DNA of 64,000 bases from Malacoraja senta. Taxonomy: Eukaryota. Where the stretch lies: positions 4,092,001 through 4,156,000 of the forward strand of contig CM075988.1 of NCBI GenBank assembly GCA_038087875.1, in the 5' to 3' direction. The position numbers and the translations under genes were made by a program. The notes under the pieces were generated by a model. It was not told the origin of the DNA. It saw only the letters and a program-made list of their open reading frames with translations, and did not search any database. Shown piece by piece: positions 34,177 to 46,870 of this stretch (its first letter is position 1; each line of letters starts with the position of its first letter).

Positions 34177-35555
34177 AGTTTTAGTTTTAGAAAATACAGC
34201 GTGGAAACAGGACCTTCGGCCTACCGTGTCCGCACCGACCAGCTATCTCCTCTATGCTACACACGGCGGCACAGCAGTAGAGTTGCTGCTTTCAGACCCA
34301 GAGACCAAGGTTCGATCCTGACTATGAGTGCTGTCTGTACGGAGTTTGCACATTCTCCCTGTGACCATGTGGGTTTACCACGGGTGCTCCGGTTTCCTCC
34401 CACACTCCAGAGACAGACGGGTTTGTAGGTTGTTTGGCTTCGGTAAAGACTGTAAATTGTCCCTAGTGTTGGGAAGTGCTAGTGTATGGTGATCGCTGGT
34501 TGGCGCAGGCTCAGTGGGGCAAAGGGCCTAGGTCTCTAAACTAAAGTACTGTTATGATAGGAACCCTACAAACAACTTCCAACAGTAATTCTTGCTGTTG
34601 CTCATCTTGTCCAAGACCAATTTTATTTTGTGATCTTTCAACCAAGAACATTTCTCACGGCAATCTTTTAATTTTGTTCAGTTTAGTTCAGTTTAGAGAT
34701 ACTGGCCCTTCGGCCCACAGAGTCCGCACTGACCAGCAAGCCCCACACATTAACATTATCCTACACTAGGTACAATTTTTACATTAACACCAAGCCAATT
34801 AACCTACAAACCTGTACATCTTTGGAGTGTGGGTGGAAGACCAAAGTTCTCGGAGAAAACCCATGGGGAGAACGTACAAACTCCGTACAGACAGCCCCCA
34901 TAGTCGGGATCGAACCCGGGTCTCTGGTGCAGTAAGCGCTGTAAGTCAGCAGCTCTACCGCTGTGCCAGCGTGCCACCCGGTGTATCACCAGGGTTGTCC
35001 ACTCACCCATTCTTCCAATTTTTTTCTGTCCTTTTCGAGCGTCTAAGACAAATAAATCTTTAATTTTTAATCTTAGTCACCGTGCAACCATGTTTCTGTA
35101 ATGGCTATTAGATAAAACCCATTGATCTCGTTAAAACAAACACTTAGCATACTCAGTTAAAGAAAACATTTCTACCATTTTTCCTTGATCTGACCCTCTT
35201 CTAGGGGTCTGGTATATTAAACATCACGCCGCATCCTGTCATTCACTGGATATTAGTGTCCAGTATTACAATTTACTCAGAATTCAACTCTTCTTTAGAG
35301 ATACATCGTGGAAACAGGCCCTTCGGCCCACTGAGTCGACAGCGACCAGCAATCACCCTGTACACTGGCACTATCCTACACACAAGGGAGAATTCACAAA
35401 ACCCAATTACCCAACCGACCTGTGTGCCTTTGGAGTTTGGGAGGAAAGTGGAGCACCCAGAGAAAACCCACGCAGTCATAGGGAGAAGGTACAGACAGCA
35501 GCTGTAGACGGCATGGAACCCAGGTCTCTGGCGCTGTGAGGCAGCAACTCTACAG
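34177..35555. mobile_element. Cluster of HE1-like SINE copies (~34265-34545 plus; ~34675-34980 minus; ~35295-35555 minus)
   Basis: Repeated SINE head, body and tail motifs. Confidence 0.78.
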
Positions 35556-35954
35556 CCTTATGTTTTTTCATTGCAAACTTATACCTTACCACATGAACCC
35601 TCCCCGACACTTTATATCAAGGTGTCCTCCAGATCTTGAGAGACAGGTTCCATTCCCACTCAAGTCAAACCCATCCCAACACCCCTTATTTTTCCAAGTC
35701 TGTACCCAATAAATCAAGCATTAAAAGAATGCTAATTCATACAAATGCCAACAAAAACTTGAATAATATCTTCGTCAAGACTGTCAAAACTAAGCAAATG
35801 GTTTTGGTCAGGTAATGGTACTTAGAGGTATAGAAGTAAGTGTATAAAATGCACTTTAAGGTACAAATCAGCAGTGCGCTCATAGGTGCAAAGGACCTCC
35901 TTGGTATCTCATGTTTGAATGTTACTAAACCATCTCCTCAGTTTACTCTCAAAG

Positions 35955-36245
35955 GACATAAGGTCATAAGTAATAGGAGCAGAATTAGGTCATTTGGCCC
36001 ATCAGGTCTACTCCATTCTCCTGCCTTCTCCCCATAACTGCTGACACCCATACTAATCAAGAATCTATCGATCCCTGCTTTAAAAATATCCATTGATTTG
36101 GCCTCCACAGCCTTCAGTGATTCACCACCCTCTGACTGAAGAAATTCCTTCTCATCTCATTTCTAAAGGAACGTCCTTTAATTCTGAGGCTTCAGCCTCT
36201 AGTCCTAGACTCTCCCACCAGTGGGAACATCCTCTCCACATCCAG
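35955..36245 (-). mobile_element. CR1 3' end
   Basis: Similar to 2540-2840 (ggagcagaattagg...ctagtcctagactctcccac). Confidence 0.82.
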
Positions 36246-36902
36246 GACAAAGGACTGCAAAGAGATGGAAGCAGCAGTAACAGTGGTAGTAATCAGTATA
36301 AACACACTCACCAATGCTCAGCTGTGGCCAGAGTTCCAGAACTGATGACAAATGTTGGTCCAACCTCTCTCTGAGTGTAGGTAATTATTTTCACCAGTTG
36401 TAAATGGAGATAGTCAAAGCATGATCACATCTGATTAGTTCATGCTTTTGGAGGAATGTGTTGTCCTTATCCAATCCAGCCTCAGCATGAATCATGATCT
36501 TTGACAATGTGATTGACAGGTTCACAAGTTATAGGAGTAGAATTAGGCCATTCGGCCCATCGTGTCTACTCCGCCATTCAATCATGGCTGATCTCTGCCT
36601 CCCAATCCCATTTTCCTGCCTTCTCCCCATAACCCTTGACACCCGTTCTAATCACAAACTTGTTTATCTCTGCCTTAAAAATATCTACTGATCGATACTA
36701 TCTCTTAAACAACCTAGAAATCCATTGGGAAATGGGAAAATTCTCCCTGTTTGCAATAACCAGAGCAGTACGCCCAATTAGTACCAATCAATGCTTTAAA
36801 TATCTGCTTTCACCAACAGTGTTGTGGTGTATTCAATCCACAGGGTGTTAGTGCAGCTTTGTGCCAATACTTGGTGAACCTCAGCACAAATGGTCACAAT
36901 CA

Positions 36903-37915
36903 CGGCATGGTGGCACAGCGGTAAAGTTGTTGCCTTACAGTGTTTCCAGCGGCGGTAGACCCGGGTTCGATCCCGACTATGGGTGCTTGTCTGTACGGAG
37001 TTTGTACATTCCCACTGTGACCTGTGTGGGTTTTCTCCGAGATCTTCGGTTTCCTCCCACACTCCAAACACGTACAGGTTTGTAGGTGAATTGGCTTCAG
37101 TAAAATTGTAAATTGTGTGTGTAGGATAGTGTTAATGTGCGGGGATCGCTGGTCAGTGCGGACTCGGTGGGCCGAAGGGCCTGTTTCTGCGATGTATCAC
37201 CAAGCCAAACAACCAAACTGAATCTGCTGCCACTTAGAATAGCCACTGGACGAGGCATGGTCACCTGATAGATAGATATAACAAGGAAACATAATAAGGG
37301 GTAGATCGGAGACGAGGAAACACTTTTTCTCACAGAGAGTGGTGAGTCTGTGGAATTCTCTGCCTCAGAGGGCGGTGGAGGCAGGCTCTCTGGATGCTTA
37401 CAAGAGAGAGCTAGATAGGGCTCTTAAAAATAGCGGAGTCAGGGGATATGGGGAGAAGGCAGGCACGGGGTACTGATTGGGGATGATCAGCCATGATGAC
37501 ATTGAATGGCGGTGCTGGCTCGAAGGGCCGAATGGCCTACTCCTGCACCTATTGTCTATTGTCTATTGTCTATTGAAACAGGACAATGAAGATGGGTCCC
37601 AACCCGACACTTGTGGGCACAGCAGAGGAGTTGCTGCCTTACAGCGCCAGAGACCCAGGTTCGATCCTGGCTAGGGGTGCTGTCTGTATGGAGTTTGTAC
37701 GTACTCCTTATAACCGCATGGGATTTCTCCGGGTGCTCCAGTTTCCTCCCACATCCAAAAGATGTGCAGGTTTGTAGGTTAATTGGCTTCTGTAAATTCT
37801 AAATTGCCCCTAGTGTGCAGGACCATGCTAGTTAATAGGGTGATCGCTGGTCGGCACAGACCCAGTGGGCCGAAGGGCCTGTTTCTGTGCTGGGTCGCTA
37901 AACTAAAGTCTAAAG
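36903..37915 (+). mobile_element. SINE (~36903-37200), CR1 3' end (~37305-37575), SINE (~37615-37915)
   Basis: SINE A/B boxes and bodies; CR1 tail ending (tattgtc)n. Confidence 0.82.
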
Positions 37916-38994
37916 TCACCCATCCTTTTTCTCCAGGGCTGGTGCCTGACCCCACAGAGTTACTCCAGCACTTTGTGTCTATCTTTGGTATAAACCGGCA
38001 TCTGCAGTTCCTTGTTCCTACAACGTGACTTAATTTGTTTGAAAGCAAGGCAGCAGTAAAATGCTGCAATCTTGTCTCACTCTGCAGAAGAGGTTCTTTG
38101 CCTAAAGCACAGGAGCCAAGTTACAGTTGTAACGGGCGCTCGGGGAATCAGCTGCAAGACCATTCTCTCTTTCACATTTGCTCAAACAAAGGACAAGTGT
38201 TCCAATCCATCCTTTTACAGGAAATGGGTCCCAGCCTCATCAAAATTCTCATACAATGTTCAGAAAAAGGAATGAGAGTTCAATGTCATGGGGGTCATTG
38301 CCGTCGCTGCCACCTCTTATCTCTGACTATTAAAACATTTTTTAAAAATAATTGTTAAAATTTCCTCTTAATTCATTGCAATCATCATTTCACTCGTTGG
38401 ATATCATTTGTCTGTGAAATAGATGGAGGCTTGTTCCTGTTTATCTGAAGGATTGCAGCGTTCCTTTCAGGCCGAGTTGTGGCTTTATTCTCCCTGGTAA
38501 TAAAGGCAGCGAACATGAAGGTTTATTAATGAGGAGCCTGTCAATAATGGAGCGGCAGGCCCTTGTATCGACGTGCTTCAAATGTCATGGCTGAGAGGAT
38601 GTTCTGTTCATCAAAAGGCCCTTCGAACCTGAAATGTGCGTCTTGTGCCAGCCCACGCTTTGTGTGTTGAGCTTCTTTCAGTGATAATCTCTTCGGCAGG
38701 CTTCCGCACAATCTACTGCTGCGCACAATAGATTCAGTGTTGGACACAAAAACTGGCAAACGTCTCTCTGCTAGCCACCTGAGTTCACCAGCTAATAGAG
38801 CCTGATAGGTGGGGTCATGGGATAATAGGAATAGGGTCCCGCTGAGAGAGGGTCTGGAGATAGCAGAGAAGGTCTGGCCTGGGATTGGGGTTATATTGGG
38901 ACCTTGGGTTTTTGGTCATTTATTATTATGCAAATGGAGTCAGCACTCCAAGAGTCAAGTCAAGTCAAGTCAAGTCGCACTGATTGTTGTTACC

Positions 38995-39672
38995 ACCAGG
39001 GGTCACTGCACAATGGCTGCCTCGCCAACAGTCTGTCTTCATCTTTTTCCTTCTTTGTTTTTTTAGTTTGTTGTAAAATGTATGTTTGAGTTTACCTTTA
39101 GTTTTGTATTATGTAGGGGGAGGTGGGCGGTGGTGGGGGGAACTTTTATTATCTCTTTCCTCGATGGAGATGCGACTTTTTCCATGTCGTATCTCGGTCC
39201 GCACGACGGCCTAACATCGTGGAGCTGGCGGTCCCTTGCTGGGACCTCTAGAGCTCCAAAACCGCAGAGCCTGCAGACTTAACATCTCGGAGCGGGCAAT
39301 CCCGTTGCCAGGGGTCGGCCATTGGTGCTCTAACCTGCAGGAGCTGCGGACTTTAACATCGTGAAGCTCGCTGTCCCTGGTTAGGGACCGAATTCGGGTA
39401 CTTCAAGCCACAGGCATTTCAACCGCCTCGACGTGGGAGCTCGATCGCCGGCTGCGGATGGTTCGACTCCCCCGACGGCGGGAGGAAAGGAGGAAAGAAG
39501 ATAAGACTTTATTGCCTTCCATCGCAGTGGGGAATGTGGACGAGTCCCTGTGGTGGAGGTTTATGTCCATTTTTATGTAGTTGTGTGTGTTATTCCTTTT
39601 TTGTTATGACTGTGTGTCAAACCAAATTCCTCGTATGTTGCGAAACATATTACGATTATGATTATGATTATA
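38995..39672 (+). mobile_element. Non-coding ~700-bp retroposon-like element
   Basis: Shares its 5' end (accagggg..cac.gcac.atggctgcct.gccaac.gtctgtc), internal ggagct repeats and (attatg)n tail with 49562-50286 (reverse). Confidence 0.75.
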
Positions 39673-40247
39673 GGCGCAAGTGCGGTGAGGCGCTGGTACA
39701 ATAATGAAAAACTGCTGCTTGCAGCACCAACAGATGATCTCAGACAACACACAAAAACATACATAACTCACACATGACTTACAAGTCTGTGAAAAGAAAA
39801 AGAATGGGCAAACAAAATAACAAGACATTAGTGCAAAAATACACGTACAAAACAAGTCCACAGTCATAAGAGGTGGTCCATGGTGTCCTGTTGCTCAAGT
39901 GGGATTCACTTCTTGCAAGTCGGTTAAGGAACCTGATGGTTGCAAGAAAGACCATTCCTGCATATGGTGCTGGGTGACTCCAGGCTTCTGTATCTTATGC
40001 CCGATGGTGGCAGCGAGAAGAAGAGATGGCCTGGATGGCAGGGATGATAGATGCCTCCTTCTCGAGGCAGCACCTCATGTAGATGTTTTCCATGCTGGGG
40101 AAGACCATGACTGAAATGTCCAACACTCGGGCCTAGTCCACCACTCTTTTCTCCCATTACCTTAAAGCTATGCCCTCTATTCTTTGACATTTTGACCCTT
40201 GAAAAAAAATTCTGATCTTCTGCCATATCTGTGCCTCTCATAATTGT

Positions 40248-40501
40248 TTAAGAAGGAACTGCAGATGCTGGAAAATCGAAGGTAGACAAAAATGCTGGAG
40301 AAACTCAGCGGGTGAGGCAGCATCTATGGAGCGAAGGAATAGTTTGCACTCCAGCAGTACGAACATTGACTTCTCTAATTTCAGGTAGTCCTTACTTTCT
40401 CCTCCCCTTCTCAGCTCTCCCTCAGCCCTCTGGCTCCACCTCTTCCTTTCTTCCTCCCGCCCCCCCCCCCCCCCACAAAGAAGGGTTTTGACCCGAAACG
40501 T
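40248..40501. mobile_element. Penelope insertion (inverted pLTR piece, GIY-YIG end, UTR, hammerhead remnant) with 16-bp TSD
   Basis: tgcctctcataattgt at 40232-40247 and 40502-40517; the insert encodes ...NIDFSNFR* and ends aagaagggttttgacccgaaacgtt. Confidence 0.82.
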
Positions 40502-41023
40502 TGCCTCTCATAATTGTAATACATTTGTGTCAGGTCTCCCTCCAAACTCAGATGCTCCAGAGAGAACAATCCAGGTTTCTCCAGCCTCTTCTGATAATTA
40601 ATAACTGTAATTCCGTCAGCGTTCAAGTAAACATATTCTCCACCCTCTCCAAAGCCTCCACTTCCTGTAATGGGGCGAGCAGAATTGCATACAATACTCC
40701 AGATGTGGCCTAATCAAAGTTCTATAAAACTACTCTATGACTTCCTGACTTTTATACTCAACGCCCCAAGCAATGAAGGCAAGCATAGCATACACTTTCT
40801 TTACCACTATCTACTAGTGTGGTCACTTTCAGGGAGCTACGGTCTTGGACTCCAAGATCCCCCTGCACATCAATGCTGTTAAGGATCTTGCCATTAACTA
40901 TATACTTTCCCATTACATTCAACCTCCCAGAGTGTAACACCTTGCACTTGCTTGGATTAAACTCCATCCGCCATTTCTCTGCCCACATCTGTAATTGGTC
41001 TGTATCCCGCTGTATCCTTCAGA

Positions 41024-41490
41024 GTGCCTTCAGAGAGTGGTGAGGACAGCGGAAATAATCATTGGGACTTCTCTTCCTTCCATCATGGACATTGGTTACA
41101 AACGCTGTCTGACAAGAGCATTACCAGAGCCCCCACACACCCACAATATGGACTGTTTACATTGCTGAACTCTGGGAGGAGGTACCGCAGCATGAAGAGC
41201 GGGACAACCAGGTTCTGCAACAGCTTCATCCCCCAGGCCATAAGACTAATGAACTCACAATCAAACTGATGCTAGAACTTTCTTATACATTGCCACTTTT
41301 AAAAACTTTCCTTTTTTAACTATGCACATGAAGCACTTTTTATGGACACACTAAGCACTTTTACTGATCGCCTGATATAAATGTTATATTCTGCTGCTAC
41401 TTTGAAGAGTCAATGCAACGAAATTTCGTTCAATGTGCACTGTGTCTATGTGTATACCTGAATGACAATTAAAGTTATATTCATTCATTC
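41024..41490 (+). mobile_element. Rex1/Babar 3' fragment nested in CR1
   Basis: PTHPQYGLFTLLNSGRRYRSMKSGTTRFCNSFIPQAIRLMN; (cattcatt) tail; gtatcctt duplicated on the flanks. Confidence 0.82.
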
Positions 41491-42140
41491 GTATCCTTTG
41501 ACAGCCTTCCTCATGGTCCGTTACGCCGACAATGTTGATCTTGTCTGCAAACTTACTAACCGATTGCTCTACCTATACATCTAGGTTGTTTATATATCAC
41601 AAACAACAGAGGAATCAGTACCAGATTGCTGTGGAACTCCGCGGGTCACACATGCCCAGCTGGAATAACTCACTTCCATCCCTAACCTCTGTCTTCCATG
41701 GCCATGGGCACTCACGCACCAAGTCACTGCGTGTCCCTTGCATGTTAATGGATCTACTGGATCAACCTACCATGATGCCTCACTAAAACCCACGTAGACA
41801 ACATCCACTGTCCCACCCTCAAACACCTTGATCGTTAGTTCAAGATGATCTACCATGGGCAAAGTCCTCAATCATCCCATTCTCTTCCAAACGTAATGAT
41901 ATCCTATCCAAAGGATCTTTTGCAATAGCTTCCCGACGGGAGGCTCACTGGCCTATAATTATCTGGAATATTCTTACTTCCTTTGTTAAACAAAGGAACA
42001 ACATTGGCTACTCTCCAGTCCTCTGGGTCATCGGCTGTGGTTAGAGTGGACACAAAGATCCTCTCTAGCCTCGAAAATGGTCACAAAATGCTGGAGTAAC
42101 TCAGCCGGACTGGCAGCATCTCAAGATAGAAGGATTGGGT

Positions 42141-42168
42141 GACGTTTCGGGTCGAGACCCTTCTTCAG
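42141..42168 (-). ncRNA. Putative minimal hammerhead ribozyme in a pLTR fold-back
   Basis: Exact core CTGAAGAAGGGTCTCGACCCGAAACGTC. Confidence 0.68.
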
Positions 42169-42324
42169 ACTGCATCTGCAGTTCCTTCCTAAACCAGCAT
42201 CTGCAGTTCCTTCCTGAACCAGCATCTGCAGTTCCTTCCGACAGACATCCTCTCTAGATGTTCCTACTGTAGATCCTCCTTAGCTACCCCTTCCCCATCA
42301 AACGTTCCAATAGTTTGGTATGTT

Positions 42325-43861
42325 GGCTCTGCCCGAGCCAGCTGCCTGCCCCTTTTCCGGGGTTATGTCCGTGCCCGGGTGGTACTAGAAAGGGACTATG
42401 CGCTGCCCACGGGCACCCTGGGGGATTTCTGGGACCACTGGGCACCGAGGGGGGGGTTGAGTGTTTCCTGGACAAGGATTGTAATATAGTTGTTTCGTAG
42501 TTGACTTGCTATATTTGTGTAGTCTTGAACTATGGTGGTGGGGTCTGTTTTGTTTTATTGTGTTCTAAATACTATTTTAATGTTTGAATAAATATGGGAC
42601 AACTTTATAAGGAAGGCACTTTTCTGACATTTCAGGAGTTGCAACAGACTTATGGACTTCGAGGAAATGATTATTTCAGATATCTTCAACTCAGAGATTA
42701 TGTAAAATCGAATACTCAAAACTTTCGAATTAGAAATTCAGAAATTCTTGACGAATGTTGGAATAAACATCCTAATACAGAAAAATTAATATCTTATATA
42801 TATAATATCTTATTAGACAGTGACATTCCATCGACCGACTTACACAGACAAACATGGGAAAAAGAATTAAATGAAATAATAACGAAAGATACTTGGGAAG
42901 AAAGTTTACAACATATACATCAATGTTCATTAAATGCCAGACATTCTTTAATACAATTTAAAGTAATACATAGATTACATTATTCAAAAACAAAATTACA
43001 TAAAATCTTTCAACATATCTCACCTATATGTGATAAATGTCAACATTTAGAAGCCACCTTATCTCATATGTTTGCAAACTGTACAAAAATTAAAAAATTC
43101 TGGGTAAATATTTTTAGTATAATATCTAAAGTGACCAGCACACAAGTGGACCCGGATCCAAAATTTATAATACTCGGAACATCAGAATTAATTCAAACAT
43201 TTACAACAACACAAAGAAACTTTATTGATTATAGTATAATAACAGGAAAAAAATTAATTCTAAAATTTTGGAAAGGCCCTACGGCCCCCACAATGAAAAT
43301 GTGGATTATAGAAATGACGGAGACCTTAAACGTGGAAAGAATCAGATTTTCCCTGTTGGACAAACAGGAAGTATTCGTTGGAACATGGTCTCCCTTTATT
43401 GATTATTTAAAGGGTCAGAATGGTTCAGCACGGGAACCTGACTAATGCTCGGGCTAAAAAATGGATGAAATGCTATATTCTGAAATGTACGAATATATCT
43501 CGAATGAAGTTTTTTATTTCAATAAATTTTTCCACTCTTCTTTAACTATCTTTCTCTTTTTTTTTTTTTTTTTTTCTTTTTTTTTTTTTTTCTCTCTCTT
43601 TTTCTTCTCTCTCTTTTCTTTCTTTACTTCATCTATCTTTTTAGTTCTATCTAGTTTAAAATAAAAAATTAAAAAAGGCAAAAGGTATTGGAGACAATGT
43701 AATAATAAATGTGATAATATTATCAATTTAAAAATGTAAGACTGTAATGATGTTAATAGGTTATGTACTTATCTCCAATAAAAAATATTTTCAAAAAAAA
43801 TAAATAATAATAAATAAATAAAATAAAATAAAAATGAATAAATATTTTGATTTAAAAAAAA
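42325..43861 (+). mobile_element. Tx1-clade LINE 3' end, split by an L1 insertion
   Basis: CLPLFRGYVRARVVLERDYALPTGTLGDFWDHWAPRG resembles the Tx1 ORF2 C-terminus; its UTR ends tgaataaatat | tttgatttaaaaaaaa after the L1. Confidence 0.7.
42596..43834 (+). mobile_element. L1-clade LINE, 5' truncated, uninterrupted ORF2 C-terminus with 3' UTR and A-rich tail
   Basis: ORF 42594-43445 (283 aa): FQELQQTYGL, FRYLQLRDYV, LIQFKVIHRLHY, CDKC...HMFANC zinc knuckle; TSD tgaataaatat at 42585-42595 and 43835-43845. Confidence 0.9.
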
Positions 43862-44087
43862 GTTCTGTATGTTTTCATAAAGTCTTTTCTCATTCTTCTA
43901 AACTCGTAATGAGACAGTTACACATTGAAATGTTAGAGTTGCCATCCTGGGCACCAGCTTGGTAAATCCATTGCACCCCCTCAAAATGCAAGTAGATGAG
44001 AATGTGTATTCTCACTGATGCCCTTGGGAAATGTAGTAAGATATCATTACTTTTGTACTCAAATGGCAGGGCCCCACCGTTGATTAA

Positions 44088-44388
44088 TGGGCCTGTCCCA
44101 CTTAGGCGATGTTTTAGGCGACTGCCAGCGACCAGGACAATGGAATTCACCAAAGTCAGCACCGGCGACAACCTACGTCACCCGGCGACTACCTACGCTA
44201 ACCTGGCGACAACCTACGCTAACCTGGCGACAACCTACGCTAACCTGGCGACAACCTACGATAGCATCTACGACAACCTACGACAGCCCAAATTGTCACC
44301 ACTGTTGCCGCAAATTTTTCAACATGTTGAAAATTTTTCGGCAGTCGCCTGTAGATGCCTAAAAAATCGCCTAAGTGGGACAGGCCCA
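44088..44388. mobile_element. Harbinger-like MITE with TAA TSD and internal 21-bp tandem repeats
   Basis: TIRs tgggcctgtcccacttaggcg / cgcctaagtgggacaggccca; TAA on both sides; units acctacgctaacctggcgaca. Confidence 0.85.
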
Positions 44389-44584
44389 TAAGTTAGCATA
44401 TGATAGACTTGCATAAAAACTTGTGTGTGGGAGAGATTGAGGTGGGGAGGCTGGTGCACATGAGCAACCATACCCTCTGGGTGGATTACAGTGGCGCGGT
44501 AAGACGTTACAGGCGGAAACTCCCTGGGCTGCAGTGGATGGCCATGTCTTCTTCCGTGCTTTGACGGAGTTTAAAAAATAAATC

Positions 44585-44812
44585 AGTGAAATTCTCTGCC
44601 ACAGAAGGCAGTGGAGGCCCATTCACTGGATGTTTTCAAGGGAGAGTTAGTTATAGCTCTTGGGGCTTTCAGAATCAAGGGATATGGGAAGAAAGCAGGA
44701 ATGGGGTACTGATTTTGGATGATCAGCCATGATCATATTGAATGGCGGTGCTGGCTCAAAGGGCCGAATGGTCTACTCCTGCTCCTATTGTCTATATTTC
44801 TATGTTTCTATG
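44585..44812 (+). mobile_element. CR1 3' end
   Basis: aattctctgccacagaaggcagtggaggcc...gggccgaatggtctactcctg, (tttctatg)n tail. Confidence 0.85.
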
Positions 44813-45277
44813 CCCTTTGCCTTCCAAAGTGCGCTGCTGAGCTGCCTTCCTGGCCGTGGAACCCTCTGTACTCAAATACTCTTTCATTAAAGCAACGAAA
44901 CAACTTAACTTCCAAACTGCTCATCGCACTTGCACGTTAACTTTCAGCGACTTGTAAACCATGAAACTGAGGACCCTTTGATCATTAACTTGTCCCAATC
45001 TCTCACCATTAAAGGAAAATCAGCCTTAGCGTTTTTTTGACCACAGACTATCATCTCACATTTTCCCATGTAGCAAGCCTACCCACTCACTCAGCTGGTA
45101 TATATTTCCTTGTAACCTCTTCCCAGTCTCACGATTACTCCCACTCCCTTGGATTTGTATCAACAGTAAACTTGAAAATGTTCCATTTGATCCTTGAAAC
45201 AAAATCATTGATATAGATTGTAGTAAATAGTTGGTGCAAGGTAACCGATCTTGTTATACAGCGTCCCAGTAATCAGA

Positions 45278-46230
45278 AGACAGACACAAAGTGCTGAAGT
45301 AACTCAGCGGGACAGGCAGCATCGCTGGAGAAAAGGAAAAGGTGATATTTTTGGTCGGGACCCTTCTTCAGAATGAGAGTCAGGAGAGAGGGAAACTAGG
45401 GAAAAGAAAATGTATAAAGAACAAATGAATGAAACGTGGTCGTAGAGCGGAGAGCAGGAGGAATCACAGAGGGGGTACAGAGAGAGAGGATGCTGCAGAA
45501 CTCTCATCGGAGAGCTTCTTCACAGTAGGTAGACAAAAATGCTGGAGTAACTCAGCGGGACAGACCGCATCTCTGGATAGAAGGAAGGGGTGACGTTTCG
45601 GGTCCGAACAAGGGTGGCGACCTGAAACGTCACCCATTCCTTCTATCCAGAGATGCTGCCTGTCCCGCTGAGTTGCTCCAGTATTTTGTGTTTACATTCG
45701 GTGTAAACCAGAATCTGCAGTCCCTTCCTACGCGTTCTTCAAAGTAGACATACCTTGAGGAGATTTCGCAGTGGAGTAGACAAAATGTGGAGGGAGGAAC
45801 GGAAGACGTTCCCTCCTCTCTGACAGGTTCTGCAACACCTTCTCCTGCTGCTCCCCCTCTGTGATTCCTCCTGCTGTCTGGCACTATGACCATGTTTCAT
45901 TTGTTTGTTCTTGGTACATTTTCATATCTCTACTTCCCCTCTTCCCTGAGTCTCAGTCTGAAGAAGAGTCTCGACACAAGACGTCACCTATTCTTTTTCT
46001 CTAGCGATGCTGCCTGACCCGCTGAGTTACTCCAGCATTGTGTGTCTATCTTCAGTGTAAACCAGCATCTGCAGTACCTTCCTACAAACGAATCAGGCCC
46101 TGCTAACCTGAGAGAGGCCTGTTATTGGACAGTCTGAAGAAGGGTCTCGACCTAAAACATCAACCATTCCGTCTCTCCAGAGATGCTGCCTGTCCCGCTA
46201 AGTTACCCCAGCTTTTTGTGTCTGTCTTCT
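45278..46230. mobile_element. Cluster of five Penelope pLTR copies forming nested inverted repeats
   Basis: Outer arms ~45280-45505 and ~45825-46055 are reverse complements; inner fold-back ~45530-45730; a fifth copy starts at ~46131. Confidence 0.8.
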
Positions 46231-46244
46231 GTTATTGGACACAG

Positions 46245-46870
46245 TTGTGAAGGTAGCCCAGACAATCGCACAAACCAAGCTCCCCTCCATGGACTCCATT
46301 TATACCACACCCTGCCTCGGCAAGGCCAGCAGCATAATCAAGGACGAGTCGCACCCTGGCCACTCCATCTTTTCCCTTCACCCATCAGGCAAAATGTATA
46401 GAAGTATGAAATTGCACAACTTCAGGGACAGTTTCTTCCCCGCTGTTATCAGGCAACTGAATCATCCTACCGAAACCGGAGAGCAGTGCTGAACTACTAT
46501 CTATCTCTGGTGACCCTCGGACTAACCTTGATTGGACTTCACTGGCTTTACCTTGTACTAAACGTTATTCCCTTATCATGTTTGTTTAAGAAGGAACTGC
46601 AGATGCTGGAAAATCCCAGGTACACAAAAATGCTGGAGAAACTCAGCGGGTGCAGCAGCATCTATGGAGTGAAGGAAATAGGCAACGTTTCGGGCCGAAA
46701 CCCTTCTTCAGAAATGTATCTATACAATGTATCTATACACTGTATATGTATCTATACACTGTAAATGGCTCGATTGTAATCATGTATTGTCTTTCCGCTA
46801 ACTGGATAGCACGCAACAAAAGCTTTTCACGGTACCTTGATACACGTGACAATAAACTAAACAAAACTGA
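46245..46870 (+). mobile_element. Rex1/Babar 3' fragment with a nested Penelope pLTR (~46583-46712)
   Basis: LPSMDSIYTTPCLGKASSIIKDESHPGHSIFSLHPSGKMYRS...FRDSFFPAVIRQLN; the nested copy has core CTGAAGAAGGGTTTCGGCCCGAAACGTT (46684-46711, minus). Confidence 0.82.

Larger units (their letters stand above)
40130..42060 (-). mobile_element. Older CR1 LINE ORF2 fragment interrupted by Penelope and Rex insertions
   Basis: WAEKWRMEFNPSKCKVLH...DLGVQ; YQKRLEKPGLFSLE...GDLTQMY; ggcctataatt / acattggctactctccagtc typical of CR1. Confidence 0.8.

Noticed and set aside
42594..43445. 283-aa ORF as a host gene
   Set aside because: It is the ORF2 C-terminus of a 5'-truncated L1; its ATG overlaps the TSD junction.
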